From contig CAWFGE010000022.1 in assembly GCA_963815195.1 (NCBI GenBank), positions 192,001-256,000 on the forward strand: a stretch of 64,000 bases of DNA, given 5' to 3'. A program made the position numbers and the translations under genes. The notes under the pieces are model-generated. The model was given only the letters and a program-made list of their open reading frames with translations. It searched no databases and was not told the origin of the DNA. This DNA comes from an uncultured Planctomycetaceae bacterium (GTDB lineage: Bacteria > Planctomycetota > Planctomycetia > Planctomycetales > Planctomycetaceae). This document shows positions 1 through 10,759 of this stretch, piece by piece; the stretch's first letter is position 1; the number at the start of each line of letters is the position of its first letter.

Positions 1-1013
1 GCATATTGATCAAGAGATAAAGGCCGGGGCCCGCCAAGGCCATGACCGGCGCATCGACATAAACGACTCCGATCAAAAACGTGACGGTCGTCCCCGCCAG
101 GCAGCCGAGAAACGGAATGTAATTCAACATCATCGCCATGATTCCCAGCAGGATCGGGTCGGGGAATCCCAGCAAACCGAGCACGGTGCCGATCACCGTT
201 CCGAGTCCAAAATTGATCGCGGTAATCGTGAGCAGAATATCGCGATATGCCCCGTTCCACGTTCCGAAGCATCAGCACGAAGGCCCGCTTGTTGTGAATC
301 GTGGGCAACAATTCCACGACCGCGTTGGAGGTGCGGTGCCCCATCGCGAGCAGCAAGTACGTCAACACGACGGTGATCGTCGTTCCCGCCAGAAAACTCG
401 CGGTGACGTTGAGAACGTCGTTGGTGATCGGCGGCTCCTCCACGGACACTTTGACCGCCTCGCTGCTGGGGCTTTTGGCGATCTCCGTCACTTCGCTGCT
501 GGCGCGGTTCAGTTTGTGGATCGGCTCCGCAACGAACTCGAGCTTTTCCTTCGCCTTGTGCAACGTCTGCGGGGCGTTGGCGATCCAATTCGCGCCGGGC
601 GTGAGGAACACCAGGCACACGGAACCCAAAAAGAGGCTCGTGGTTCCCACAGCGACCGCCGCGGCGACCGATTCGGGAATCCGCATTCGCATCAAATATC
701 GCACGAACGGCGACAGGAGAAAGAACAGCACGAGCGCCAAGGTGATCGGAAACAAAATCGCCCGCGCAAAATAGCACAAATAAATCGCCGCGATGCTGGC
801 CAACAAACCCAGCGAAAACCGGCCGCGATCCTTCGCCGGCGTTTTCGCATCGTCAGCCGGCGGGGGGACCGTATTCTCTTCGGATTCCGGCCCCGGTTCC
901 GATTCGGAAGCGGCGTCCGCGGCCAACGCCGCCTCCAATTCCACCCCATCCGCGCCCACGCCTTCGCCGAGAGGTTGCTGTTCCGCCTGGGGGATAAATT
1001 GCGAGGTGGACAT
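1..1013 (-). CDS. AI-2E (PerM) family transporter, runs off left window edge; apparent frameshift at ~236
   Basis: Manual translation from ATG 1013: hydrophobic segments (LLASIAAIYLCYFARAILFPITLALVLFFLLSPFVR), then ...GISRY and, one base later, LLTITAINFGLG...MLNYIPFLG, typical of AI-2E proteins. Absent from the ORF track because there is no stop in the window. Confidence 0.8.
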   Translation of the reverse strand, partial: MSTSQFIPQAEQQPLGEGVGADGVELEAALAADAASESEPGPESEENTVPPPADDAKTPAKDRGRFSLGLLASIAAIYLCYFARAILFPITLALVLFFLLSPFVRYLMRMRIPESVAAAVAVGTTSLFLGSVCLVFLTPGANWIANAPQTLHKAKEKLEFVAEPIHKLNRASSEVTEIAKSPSSEAVKVSVEEPPITNDVLNVTASFLAGTTITVVLTYLLLAMGHRTSNAVVELLPTIHNKRAFVLMLRNVERGISRYSAHDYRDQFWTRNGDRHRARFAGIPRPDPAGNHGDDVELHSVSRLPGGDDRHVFDRSRLCRCAGHGLGGPRPLSLDQY

Positions 1014-1115
1014 CAATAGTTTTCCTCAGTTTTCCTCAAAGGGGCTTCGAACGTTATGACCCATCGCGACAGCCCTGGGCCGTTGCCGGGACGGGTTTGT
1101 TCGTTCGTCTCTTCC

Positions 1116-1170
1116 ATAACGGCGGCTTCCAGCCACCGAGATCGATTGGCAGCGGCAAGATGCCCCCGCC
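1116..1170. repeat. Degenerate REP-like palindrome, family G (GCGGCTTCCAGCC...GCGGCAAGATGCC)
   Basis: Reverse-complement relative of 52328-52386. Confidence 0.6.
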
Positions 1171-1485
1171 GATTTGATAAATGCTTTGCGGCGTACGGTG
1201 AAAATGTTGTGCCGAAGCCGTAAGCGAATTTTCACTCACCACTGGGGTCGGAAAAAAGCGGATCCGTGCGGTCGTTTATCGCGCAACTTGGTTTCCGATC
1301 GATCAGGAACTCCACCGGCGGGAACAGGCGTGTTGCTCTCTGGCGGGACGGAATTCGGGGAAACTCCCAAAAGGGCCTCTGAAAAAGGTGAATGCCGCGC
1401 CCCGGCACCGGTTTTGCATTGCCAGGGCCGCATCACGCATGTGTTACCATCCCGCGATCACTGACAGCTGAGGAGAAACAGCCCG

Positions 1486-1749
1486 ATGATTTCAAGCGTA
1501 AGCGAACGACGAAGTGTGGAAGATCACCGGCCGGAAACCGCCGACGAGGAATACGATTGGGCGTCCCCCGCTTCGGAGCAGGCGGACAATCAGCCCTACC
1601 TGCCTTCGCCCTGGGAAATCGAACAGGTCTGCCGGGAAATCCGCCGCGGCTGGTCCGAAGCCGAGCATCGTCGGCGGGCAGGCCACACTTCGGCCCCCTT
1701 GCGACTCGCCGTTCGTCCCTGCCGAATTTCGCTGTGCGACGCGGGCTGA
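1486..1749 (+). CDS. Small hypothetical protein (87 aa)
   Basis: GAGGAG upstream of ATG; PSPWEIEQVCREIRRGWSEAEHRRR segment resembles small planctomycete hypotheticals. Confidence 0.55.
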   Translation: MISSVSERRSVEDHRPETADEEYDWASPASEQADNQPYLPSPWEIEQVCREIRRGWSEAEHRRRAGHTSAPLRLAVRPCRISLCDAG

Positions 1750-1947
1750 TCCCCTGTCGAGGTGGCTGCCATCGGCTCGTCGTTGCCGAGCCGGTTTTCT
1801 TGGTCAAACTGCGGAATTTGGGAAATTCGCTTCAGGCGCGAACCTTTAATAGCCGAAAAATTTGATTGAAGGAGTAAACCATTTCCTTCTGGGAGCGGTT
1901 TTTCTCAGGCGTCAAATTTACAGCGGGCCATTCCAAAGGGAGACGCG

Positions 1948-2592
1948 ATGTTCCGTTTCGTTCCCCCCTCCGATTCCTCGACTCTTCCCGGCACTGGGCC
2001 GTACGGTTCCACCGCCGCCAATCCTGCTGAAACAGCCGAGGAGCCGACGCCCGAACCGTCCAACGCAGCGGCCGTCGACATCGTGGACAACGTGATGCGG
2101 GCGGCCCATCGCTTGCGGGGACTGCTCAATTCGCATTTGGGGCAGTTCGAGTTGACGGACATCCGCTATGCCGTGCTCCAGGCGATTCGCGAAACGGCTT
2201 CCAACGGCTGCTCGCAAAAAGATTTGTCAAACCGGCTCAATCAAACGGAATCCAGCATCAGCACGCTGATCGAACGCATGCGGCAAAGCGGTTTGCTTTA
2301 CCGCCTGCCTTCGACGGTGGACCGCCGGCGGAAAGTGTTGTTGCTTTCGGAACTCGGCCGCGAAACCTTGGCGAAAGCTGAGGAATTTCACAGCCGACGG
2401 GTGGCCGCTTTGCTCACGTGCTTCAATACCACCGACAAAAACACGCTGGCCCGGTTGCTCAAGATTTGGGTCGAGGAACTCAGCCAACTGCCCGCCGACG
2501 CCGCTCGCGCCGCGATGCCCGCGGACGAAGGCGATCTGGACGACTCGCCGTTGAGCTTTTCCTTCGGCAGCCAACAAAAACCCGCCGCGTAA
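1948..2592 (+). CDS. MarR family transcriptional regulator
   Basis: ELTDIRYAVL...SQKDLSNRL...SISTLIERM...GLLYRLPSTVDRRRKVLLLSELG winged-helix signature; GGGAG RBS. Confidence 0.9.
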   Translation: MFRFVPPSDSSTLPGTGPYGSTAANPAETAEEPTPEPSNAAAVDIVDNVMRAAHRLRGLLNSHLGQFELTDIRYAVLQAIRETASNGCSQKDLSNRLNQTESSISTLIERMRQSGLLYRLPSTVDRRRKVLLLSELGRETLAKAEEFHSRRVAALLTCFNTTDKNTLARLLKIWVEELSQLPADAARAAMPADEGDLDDSPLSFSFGSQQKPAA

Positions 2593-2596
2593 TCCT

Positions 2597-2770
2597 GTGA
2601 GCGGAAGGGCGCTAGCCCCCGGCCTTTTCAACGGAAGTTTGGATATTACAAGGCCGGCGGCTAGCGCCGTGCCGCTCACAAACACCGGCGGCTAGCGCCG
2701 TGCCGCTCACAAACACCGGCGGCTAGCGCCGTGCCGCTCACAAACACCGGCGGCTAGCGCCGTGCCGCTC
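2597..2770. repeat. REP-like palindromic element (family A, ~83 bp) with tandem 31-bp amplification of its right arm (~3.8 copies)
   Basis: GTGAGCGGAAGGGCGCTAGCCCCCGGCCTT...AAGGCCGGCGGCTAGCGCCGTGCCGCTCAC; unit CCGGCGGCTAGCGCCGTGCCGCTCACAAACA starts at 2654, 2685, 2716 and 2747 (partial). Confidence 0.9.
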
Positions 2771-2932
2771 TTTAAAACTTGCGCTTCGGGCGAGTGTCTT
2801 TCAGCTCGCAAACTTTTCGCATCGGTTGCAATCCCCCGCCGGGCGGGACATGATCTTTCAATCGCCGCGGGAACAGCGCGTTTTGTTCCCCCAAGCGGCG
2901 CCCTTCATGTCCTGAGTCACGGGGGTCATCCA

Positions 2933-4762
2933 ATGCGCCGATCAACACGCTTTCCACGCCGCCGGTTTGTTTCGCTGTCCGTTTGGGTTGGAATCGTCTT
3001 CTTTTCGCTCGCGGTCGCCTCCGCCGATTGGGCCGAAGACCAAATCCCCAAACTCCCCGCGGCTGAAAAAGCCCAGCACCTCTTCAACGGCAAAGACTTC
3101 ACCGGCTGGGAAGGGCAGATCGGCAAATACTTCAGCATCGAAGACGCCGAAATCGTCGCCAAGAACTCCGCCGAGAACGCCCCCAAAGCCAGCACCTATC
3201 TCGTCACGAAAAAGCCCTACCGCAACTTCCGCTTGATCTTTGAAGCCAAATTGGTCCAAAGCGAGATGCATTCCGGCATTGCGCTGTGGGGGAAGACCGT
3301 CGAGAAAGAAGGCGACCCCTTCAGCTATATGGGCCACCTGGTGATGTTTCCCTCCGGCTATGGGTATTACGATCTCTACCGCCGGAACAGCATCTACCCC
3401 GACAAAGACGGCGTCGCCAAAAAAGCCGGCAAACAGCACGACTGGAACCGCATGGAGATCCTCGCCATCGGCAACCGGATCCGGCACGTCATCAACGGAA
3501 AACTCGTCGCCGACTGGTCCGATCCCAAGCCCGAACTCTGCCAAAGCGGCCCCATCGGTTTGCAGTTGCATTCCAACAAGGTCGCGCAGGAGGTCCGCTT
3601 CCGCGGCCTGGTGCTTACGGAAAACCCCACGGAAGATCTCGTCACGGTAACCGCCGATGCCAAGGAAAAGACCTCTGCGACATCCAATGACAAAGCCGAC
3701 GCCATCGACCAACGGATGCAAGAATACGTGGAAAAAGGCCGGGCCGCGGGCGTGGTGACTCTGGTCGCCAAAGACGGCAAGATCGCCCACCTGGGGGCGG
3801 TGGGGCAAGCGGACATTGCGGACAAGAAGCCCATGCGGACCGACACGCTGTTCGCCATCGCCTCGATGACCAAACCCATCACCGCGACCGCCGTGATGAT
3901 TTTGCAGGATGAAGGCAAGCTCTTGGTGAGCGATCCCGTCTCGAAATACATTCCCGAGTTCCGCGATGTCGCCCTCAAAGACGGCGGCAGCGTGCGGCCG
4001 ATCACGATCAAGGATCTAATGACGCACACCTCCGGCGTCGTCGGCAACCAGCAAAACGAAGGCAGCCTCCAAGAGACCGCCATTCAAATGGCCAAACGCC
4101 CGCTCGGTTTCGAGCCGGGCTCGAAATGGGAATACAGCCCCGGCATGTCGATCTGCGGCCGGGTGATCGAAGTCGCCTCGGGAAAGCCTTACGACAAGTT
4201 TTTAGAGGAGCGAATCTTCCAGCCGCTGAAGATGACGGACACCACGTTCCATCCCTCTCCCAAGCAGCAACAAAGGATCGCGAAACTCTATCAGCCCGGA
4301 CAGAACGGCCAACCCTTCGCCGAGGCTTCGCATTGGCTCGTGGATTTCTCCGAACCGCATTCGCCGAACCCCTCCGGCGGATTGTTCTCCACCGCCAAAG
4401 ACTTGTTCCGCTTCTATCAAATGGTCTTAAACGGCGGAGAACTCGACGGCCAGCGGATCCTTTCTAAAGCAGCCGTCCAACAGATGACCCGCGTGCAGAC
4501 CGGCGAGATCAAAACCGGCTTCACGCCGGGCAACGGCTGGGGCCTGGGTTGGTGCGTGGTCCGCGAACCTCAGGGCATCACCGCGAACGTGTCGCCGGGC
4601 ACGTTCGGCCACGGCGGAGCCTTCGGCACCCAAGGCTGGGTCGATCCCGAGCGCAACATGATCTTCGTGCTGTTGATCCAGCGCACAAAGTTCGGCAACA
4701 GCGACGGCTCCAACATCCGCGCCGCCTTCCAAGAAACCGCCGTGCAAACCCTGGCGAAGTAG
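2933..4762 (+). CDS. Secreted DUF1080 domain + serine hydrolase (beta-lactamase class C-like) fusion
   Basis: Signal peptide; LFNGKDFTGW...GPIGLQLH...VRFR (DUF1080); FAIASMTK (SxxK), WEYS, FGHGGAFG. Confidence 0.85.
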   Translation: MRRSTRFPRRRFVSLSVWVGIVFFSLAVASADWAEDQIPKLPAAEKAQHLFNGKDFTGWEGQIGKYFSIEDAEIVAKNSAENAPKASTYLVTKKPYRNFRLIFEAKLVQSEMHSGIALWGKTVEKEGDPFSYMGHLVMFPSGYGYYDLYRRNSIYPDKDGVAKKAGKQHDWNRMEILAIGNRIRHVINGKLVADWSDPKPELCQSGPIGLQLHSNKVAQEVRFRGLVLTENPTEDLVTVTADAKEKTSATSNDKADAIDQRMQEYVEKGRAAGVVTLVAKDGKIAHLGAVGQADIADKKPMRTDTLFAIASMTKPITATAVMILQDEGKLLVSDPVSKYIPEFRDVALKDGGSVRPITIKDLMTHTSGVVGNQQNEGSLQETAIQMAKRPLGFEPGSKWEYSPGMSICGRVIEVASGKPYDKFLEERIFQPLKMTDTTFHPSPKQQQRIAKLYQPGQNGQPFAEASHWLVDFSEPHSPNPSGGLFSTAKDLFRFYQMVLNGGELDGQRILSKAAVQQMTRVQTGEIKTGFTPGNGWGLGWCVVREPQGITANVSPGTFGHGGAFGTQGWVDPERNMIFVLLIQRTKFGNSDGSNIRAAFQETAVQTLAK

Positions 4763-4783
4763 GTTCAGTCATTCCAAAAAGGC

Positions 4784-4856
4784 GAGAGCCGCGCACGAAG
4801 TCAGCGGTTGTGCGATCGCCGAATGCAAGAAACCGCTTACTTCGTGCGCGGCTCTC
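4784..4856. repeat. REP-like inverted repeat, family B
   Basis: GAGAGCCGCGCACGAAGTCAGCGG...CCGCTTACTTCGTGCGCGGCTCTC; second copy at 39885-39938. Confidence 0.85.
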
Positions 4857-4913
4857 AAGAAAGCAAATCATTTTCCGAATTCTCTGCACCCGCTGAGTTT
4901 GGGAACTAATGCC

Positions 4914-6035
4914 GTGAAGATCACCCACATCGAAACCTACCCCGTGCGGATTCCGCTCAAACCGGAACGCCGGATGGTCTCCGCGCTCGGTTCGCACGAG
5001 GTTTCCGAGTACCTGTTGGTGCGGTTGGAAACCGACGCGGGGATCGAAGGTGCGGGCGAAGCCACCGTCATGCCGCGGTGGAGCGGCGAAACGGTCTGGA
5101 CTGCGAAGACCCTCATCGACAACATCTTCACGCCCCGGTTGATCGGCATCGATCCGTTCGATGTGCCCCGCATCGATCAACTAATGGATCAATCCGCCCA
5201 GTGCAATTGGTTCGCCAAGTCCGCGATCGAAATGGCCTGCTGGGACATCCGCGGCAAAGCGGAGAAGAAACCCATTTACGAACTCTTGGGCGGAGCGAAA
5301 CGGCCGCTGCCGATCCGCTGCCGATTTTCGATGGGAGCCTATCCGCCGGAACGGGCGAGGTCGCGAACGAAGGAACTTGTGGAAGCCGGCTTCACGACGA
5401 TCAAAGTCAAAGTCGGCACCGTTTTGGAAGAGGACGTGGAGCGGGTGCGGATCGTCCGCGAAACGATGGGGCCGGATTTGGATTTGGTGATCGACGCCAA
5501 CTGCGGCTACGATGTGCCCACCGCCATCCGGGCTTGCGAGCTGATGGAAGATTTAAACGTTGGCCTGTTCGAGCAACCGACGCCGCGGGGGGATTTTCAC
5601 GGCCTCGCGGAAGTCCGCCGGTCGATCAAACCCCAAGTGATGGCCGACGATATTTGCTTCGATTTCTACGATGCCGTGGAATGCATTCGCCACTCGGCCT
5701 GCGATGTGATCAGTATCTATCCCGGCAAGAACGGCGGCATTCGCAAGTCCCAACAGATCGCAAACTACGCCGCCGAGCACGGCATCGCGTGCAGCATCGG
5801 CTCCAACCTCGAACTCGACGTGGCCTCCGCCGCGATGTGCCATCTGGTCGTGGGCTGCGAGAACCTCCAAGTGGAACATTACCCCGGCGACATCTTAGGC
5901 CCCGAGTACCACGAGTTCTCCATCGTCGAGAACCCCTTAAAAATCGCAGGCCCGATCATCACCTTAAACGATGCCCCCGGCCTGGGCATCACCGTCAACT
6001 GGGACCGCGTCCGCGCCAACCCGTGCCCGCAGTAA
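4914..6035 (+). CDS. Enolase superfamily protein (muconate cycloisomerase / mandelate racemase-like)
   Basis: AIEMACWDIRGK, TIKVKVG (KxK), DAN, EQP, MADD metal ligands, GKNGG, APGLGI. Confidence 0.9.
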   Translation: MKITHIETYPVRIPLKPERRMVSALGSHEVSEYLLVRLETDAGIEGAGEATVMPRWSGETVWTAKTLIDNIFTPRLIGIDPFDVPRIDQLMDQSAQCNWFAKSAIEMACWDIRGKAEKKPIYELLGGAKRPLPIRCRFSMGAYPPERARSRTKELVEAGFTTIKVKVGTVLEEDVERVRIVRETMGPDLDLVIDANCGYDVPTAIRACELMEDLNVGLFEQPTPRGDFHGLAEVRRSIKPQVMADDICFDFYDAVECIRHSACDVISIYPGKNGGIRKSQQIANYAAEHGIACSIGSNLELDVASAAMCHLVVGCENLQVEHYPGDILGPEYHEFSIVENPLKIAGPIITLNDAPGLGITVNWDRVRANPCPQ

Positions 6036-6165
6036 GACGATCGAAAGAAAGTCGCCCATTGCTCCGCGATGGTCGCGTTTTTTCCGGACGGGGTTTTCTT
6101 CGAGTGGTTTTGAACGGCCAACGCCGGTTCTTTATCGCGCGATCTTCGCGGAGCGAAGGGCGACT

Positions 6166-7548
6166 TTAGATCTCCAGCACGGACTGGCCCTTCGGCAGAT
6201 CGAAACAGACGATGATCCCGTTGTTCCCTTTGAGCCAAGTGCCCGATTTTAGATCCAGCGGTTTGGTGACTTCTTCGAACGTCAACATCTTCTCGCCGGT
6301 GCGCAGCCGCGGCGGCTTTGAACCGGATTGCGGGAGCTTCAACGTAAACTGCCGCGCGGCAAAGGGGGCGTTGATCGAAAAGCCCTCAGCGGTTTTTTGA
6401 ATCTTCGTGAGTTCCTTCGCGGCCCAATAGCGGGCGATTTCGCTGAGCTTCATCCACTGGGTCTGTTCGCGGAACCGTCCGTGGAGCGCGAGGACGACTT
6501 TCTGGAACGCGTGGAATCCCGTCTTCTCGCCGCTCGAATACATCCCCGGCCAATGGCAGAGCATCAACGCCGGCTCGCCGCGCTCGATGAGTTCCACCAT
6601 CCGGCCGCTGGTGGCGTCGGCATTGGCATAACGATCGGGTTCCGGCGTGCGGTCGCCCTGCCAGCCGCCGAACCAGTCGCCCGTGCCCGCCGGGATGTTC
6701 ACGGTCAGGTCGACTTCGCCGTTTGATGTCCGCTGGAGATGCTCGATCTTGGGGGCGGTGCTTTCTTTTCCCGTGTTGACGTATTTGAAGTAATGCGGGA
6801 TCTCGGCGGAGAACACGTCCCGCACCGCCTGCCCGACGGCGAGCGAAAGCTCCGACTTCACCCGGCCCCCGAACCCGCCCGGCGTGGTGATGCCCTCGCA
6901 GGGGAGGCCGCAGTTCTTCAAGATTTGCAATGCATACGCCAAATACGCCGCAAGTTCGTCCGCGGACTTTTGCTCCTGCGGGTAGGAATTCTCCATCGTG
7001 GCCGGATTGACCTCCGCCATCGGGCGGCCGGTTTTGAGATCGATGACCCGCGTGTGCGTGATCATTTCGGGATGAATGTCCCAATTCGGCAGCATCAGGT
7101 CCCGCACCAGCTTCAGGCTGTTTTCGAGTTCCTTTCGCGGCCAGCCCGGCAGCTCGCGGTCGAGCCAGCCCACGCACGCGGGATAAGGCACGATGCTGTA
7201 TTTGCCCTTCACGCCTTGTTCGCCGCACCATTCGCCGAACTCGCGGACGAAGGCGTCCGGAATCTCGCGAGGCCATTTCCGCCAGTCTTTGTTGTACTCC
7301 GCCCGGTCGGGATAGCAGCTTTGAAACTGGGGCGTGCAGAAATGCCCCATGTTCACGAGGCAGGTGGAATCGTCGATGATGAACGACAACGGCACCCGCA
7401 TCCGCGGATGCAACACCTCCGCACCGCCGGCCGGTTTGCCGCTGGTCGGCTCCGCGGACCAACCAGAAGTCCAGGGATAAGCCAAGCCCGCTCCCGCAAT
7501 GGCGGAAGACGCCTTCAAAAACTCGCGCCGCGAACCGGTCCAGTTCAT
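6166..7548 (-). CDS. Tat-exported hypothetical protein, possible NodB/polysaccharide-deacetylase-like fold
   Basis: SRREFLK twin-arginine signal; IIDDS, HPEMITH, TPGG, LCHW motifs. Confidence 0.7.
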   Translation of the reverse strand: MNWTGSRREFLKASSAIAGAGLAYPWTSGWSAEPTSGKPAGGAEVLHPRMRVPLSFIIDDSTCLVNMGHFCTPQFQSCYPDRAEYNKDWRKWPREIPDAFVREFGEWCGEQGVKGKYSIVPYPACVGWLDRELPGWPRKELENSLKLVRDLMLPNWDIHPEMITHTRVIDLKTGRPMAEVNPATMENSYPQEQKSADELAAYLAYALQILKNCGLPCEGITTPGGFGGRVKSELSLAVGQAVRDVFSAEIPHYFKYVNTGKESTAPKIEHLQRTSNGEVDLTVNIPAGTGDWFGGWQGDRTPEPDRYANADATSGRMVELIERGEPALMLCHWPGMYSSGEKTGFHAFQKVVLALHGRFREQTQWMKLSEIARYWAAKELTKIQKTAEGFSINAPFAARQFTLKLPQSGSKPPRLRTGEKMLTFEEVTKPLDLKSGTWLKGNNGIIVCFDLPKGQSVLEI

Positions 7549-7697
7549 CGATCTGCTCCATAATGCCAAAGTACGGGGCATCACACCATTGTATCTCTCT
7601 GTGGATCTCCTATGGTATCATAGACACAGTGAGATAAAAGCAAGACAGGCCCCGCCGCTCGTGCAATGACGATGTCTTGCAAGAAAACTGGGGCATC

Positions 7698-7786
7698 GGG
7701 TGCCACTGGCAACTTGTTGCCAGTGTTTTGCGCTTGCAGGCTGAGTCAATGCAGAATGCACGGGCAGCAAGCTGCCAGTGGCACCC
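7698..7786. repeat. REP-like inverted repeat, family D
   Basis: GGGTGCCACTGGCAACTTGTTGCCAGTG...CACGGGCAGCAAGCTGCCAGTGGCACCC. Confidence 0.85.
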
Positions 7787-7850
7787 AGCAAGGACACGAT
7801 TCTTCCGAATTGGAATTGACAACGCGAGTAACAACCCGAAGGCTGGATTC

Positions 7851-9827
7851 ATGGCTCAGACATCCGTTTCGACACCAAAAGACAAGCCGGCGGCAAACGC
7901 CGTTTCGTATGACGTCTCCCTGCTGACGAAAGACGATCTGTATCTGTTTAACGAAGGGACGCATCTCGATTTGCACCGGAAGCTCGGGGCGCATCTGATC
8001 GACCAGAACGGTCGCCGGGGCGTGTTTTTTGCGGTGTGGGCGCCGGATGCGCAGCAGGTTTCGGTGGTCGGGACGTTCAACGGCTGGAACCCCAAGAGCC
8101 ATCCGCTCCGCCCGCGCGAGCAGTCCGGGATTTGGGAAGGCTTCGTGCCAGAGATAGCCGAAGGCACCCTTTATAAATATCACATCCAATCCCGGATGAG
8201 CCAATACAATGTCAACAAGTCCGACCCGCTCGGCGTGTTTCACGAGGTCGCCCCCAAGACGGCGTCCATCGTATGGAGCCTGGACTACGAATGGCGTGAC
8301 CAGAACTGGATGGCGGAACGCAAAAAGTATAACTCCCTCAACTCCCCGATGTCCGTGTATGAGGTGCATCTCGGTTCCTGGCGGAGAATGCCCAGCGAGG
8401 GCTATCGTTCGCTAAGCTACCGCGAACTCGCCCCGCAACTGGCGGAGCATGTGAAGCAACTAGGACATACGCACGTCGAGTTTCTGCCGGTGATGGAGCA
8501 TCCGTTCTTCGGTTCCTGGGGCTATCAGGTCACGGGATACTATGCGCCGACGAGCCGCTATGGAACGCCGCAGGACTTTAAATATCTGATCGACTATCTG
8601 CACCAGGAAGGCATCGGCGTCATTCTCGACTGGGTGCCTTCGCATTTCCCGCAGGATGAGCACGGTCTAGGCTATTTCGACGGGACGCATCTCTATGAGC
8701 ACGCAGACCCCCGGCAGGGCTATCATCCCGATTGGCATAGTTTCATCTTTAACTATGGCCGCAACGAAGTCCGCGGGTTTCTATTAAGCAACGCCCTGTT
8801 CTGGCTGGAGGAATATCACGCGGACGGATTGCGCGTCGATGCGGTGGCCTCGATGCTCTACTTGGACTATTCCCGCCGGGAAGGAGAATGGGTTCCCAAC
8901 GATCACGGCGGACGCGAGAACCTGAACGCGATTTCCTTTTTGCGAAAGATGAACGAAGAGGTCTACCGCCGGTTTCCGGATGTGCAAACGATCGCCGAGG
9001 AATCCACTTCCTGGCCGATGGTCTCCAGGCCCACGCACATCGGCGGGCTGGGCTTCGGGCTCAAGTGGGACATGGGCTGGATGCATGATACGCTTCGCTA
9101 CTTTTCCCACGAGCCGATCTACCGCAAGTATCATCAGAACGAACTCACGTTCCGCATGGTCTATGCTTTTAACGAGAACTTCATGATGCCGCTCTCGCAT
9201 GATGAAGTCGTCCACGGCAAAGGCTCGCTCATCAATAAGATGCCCGGCGACGATTGGCAGAAGTTCGCCAACCTGCGACTACTCTATGCGTATTTATTCG
9301 GCCAACCGGGAAAGAAGCTGTTGTTTATGGGGTCCGAATTCGGCCAATGGTCGGAATGGCATCACGACGCCAGCCTGGATTGGGATCTCTTGGAAAGCAT
9401 CTATCACATCACCCTATTAAGGCTGGTGCAATCCCTTAACCGGGCCTATACCCGCGAGCCGGCGCTCTATGAATACGACTGCGATCCGCGGGGCTTTGAA
9501 TGGCTGGATGCGAGCGATTTTGAATCGAGCGTGATTAGCTTTCTTAGAAAGGGAAAAGGGCAGGACGAGCGCGTCGCCGTGTGCTGTAACTTTACGCCCG
9601 TTCCCAGACTGGAATATCGCATCGGCGTTCCGCACCCCGGGTATTGGCGGGAGATCATCAACACCGACGCCATCGAGCACGGCGGCAGCGGCCTGGGAAA
9701 CTTGGGCGGCGTCTATGCCGACAACACCCCCTGCCACGGCCGCAAACATTCGGTCTGCCTCACCCTGCCGCCTTTAGGCGCGGTGTATCTCAAGTGGGAA
9801 CCCAACGGCCCTGCTGATATCAAATAA
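7851..9827 (+). CDS. glgB: 1,4-alpha-glucan branching enzyme (GH13), paralog 1
   Basis: [54 protein letters not shown]. Confidence 0.95.
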   Translation: MAQTSVSTPKDKPAANAVSYDVSLLTKDDLYLFNEGTHLDLHRKLGAHLIDQNGRRGVFFAVWAPDAQQVSVVGTFNGWNPKSHPLRPREQSGIWEGFVPEIAEGTLYKYHIQSRMSQYNVNKSDPLGVFHEVAPKTASIVWSLDYEWRDQNWMAERKKYNSLNSPMSVYEVHLGSWRRMPSEGYRSLSYRELAPQLAEHVKQLGHTHVEFLPVMEHPFFGSWGYQVTGYYAPTSRYGTPQDFKYLIDYLHQEGIGVILDWVPSHFPQDEHGLGYFDGTHLYEHADPRQGYHPDWHSFIFNYGRNEVRGFLLSNALFWLEEYHADGLRVDAVASMLYLDYSRREGEWVPNDHGGRENLNAISFLRKMNEEVYRRFPDVQTIAEESTSWPMVSRPTHIGGLGFGLKWDMGWMHDTLRYFSHEPIYRKYHQNELTFRMVYAFNENFMMPLSHDEVVHGKGSLINKMPGDDWQKFANLRLLYAYLFGQPGKKLLFMGSEFGQWSEWHHDASLDWDLLESIYHITLLRLVQSLNRAYTREPALYEYDCDPRGFEWLDASDFESSVISFLRKGKGQDERVAVCCNFTPVPRLEYRIGVPHPGYWREIINTDAIEHGGSGLGNLGGVYADNTPCHGRKHSVCLTLPPLGAVYLKWEPNGPADIK

Positions 9828-9862
9828 GAATTGCCATAGGTTGAAAGCTAGCAGGATTGGAT

Positions 9863-10759
9863 TCATTCAAACAGTCGCAACTGCTCGTGTTTTTCGAGCA
9901 CGGTTTCGCTGTAAGAGGCTTCAAAGTTGGTGATTAAAGCTTCCATCATCGGGTTGCGGTTTTTCTCTTTGGCCCCCACATGATAAAAATGCTCCCGCGT
10001 GAGACAGCCATATTCCGACCAGATCGTCTTCAGGAACATGTTCTCGCGGTAATCATTGCTGTGCCAGGTGGAGAGGATAAACCTCGCTTGCGAGCCATCC
10101 AGAAGCGTTTTTAGCGCCCGCTCATCCTCTTCGTCCCATCCGTTAAAGTAATCCACATGGCGGCCAATATACGGAGGATCGCAGTAGATGACGTCCGAAG
10201 CCTCGGCAAGAGCCACCGAATCGCGAAAGTCCTGGCAAACAAATTGATAGTTGCCGAATGCGCAAACATCCGCAATCACCTGAATCTGATTGCAGATTTT
10301 GGTAATGTAGGCCGGTGCGAAACGGTTGGGCTTTCGGCAAAACGGGACGTTGAATTGCCCTTTCCTGTTAAACCGAATCATCCCATTGAAGCAGGCCCGG
10401 CTCAAAAATAAAAAATCCAGCGGAGAATGGGATTCATTAAACCTAAAGCGCACCTCATAAAAATGCGCGTCCCCCAACCGTTCTAGCAATGCTCCTTCCT
10501 CTTGCAGAAACCGGCGCGCGATCGCAGCGGTGATTTCTTTGTTTTGGACGGCGGTGTAGAACCGAATCAAATGGGGATTCGCATCGGCCAGAATTGCTTC
10601 GGAGGGTTGGGCGTTGAAGGCCACGACACCCGACCCCATGAACGGCTCCACCCAACGCCCCGAAAAATCCTTCGGGATGATCGCCTTGATCCAAGGAACC
10701 AGCTTCGATTTAATGCCTTGGCACTTGATTGGAGGAATCATCGTGCGATGCGTGGTCAT
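9863..10759 (-). CDS. Dam/D12-class N6-adenine DNA methyltransferase (M.EcoRV-like)
   Basis: [19 protein letters not shown] (motif I), [23 protein letters not shown] (motif IV). Confidence 0.92.
   Translation of the reverse strand: MTTHRTMIPPIKCQGIKSKLVPWIKAIIPKDFSGRWVEPFMGSGVVAFNAQPSEAILADANPHLIRFYTAVQNKEITAAIARRFLQEEGALLERLGDAHFYEVRFRFNESHSPLDFLFLSRACFNGMIRFNRKGQFNVPFCRKPNRFAPAYITKICNQIQVIADVCAFGNYQFVCQDFRDSVALAEASDVIYCDPPYIGRHVDYFNGWDEEDERALKTLLDGSQARFILSTWHSNDYRENMFLKTIWSEYGCLTREHFYHVGAKEKNRNPMMEALITNFEASYSETVLEKHEQLRLFE

Noticed and set aside
1250..1470. Possible riboswitch or structured leader
   Set aside because: No recognisable conserved aptamer motifs by eye; needs an Rfam scan.
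2654..2770. Possible mini CRISPR array
   Set aside because: Units are contiguous and identical with no unique spacers, derive from a REP arm, and no cas genes are present.
7677..7850. N-terminal extensions of track ORFs (glgB, and similarly DUF1080 fusion, rplU, guaA, aceF)
   Set aside because: Extensions run through REP or intergenic DNA; downstream starts match family N-termini.
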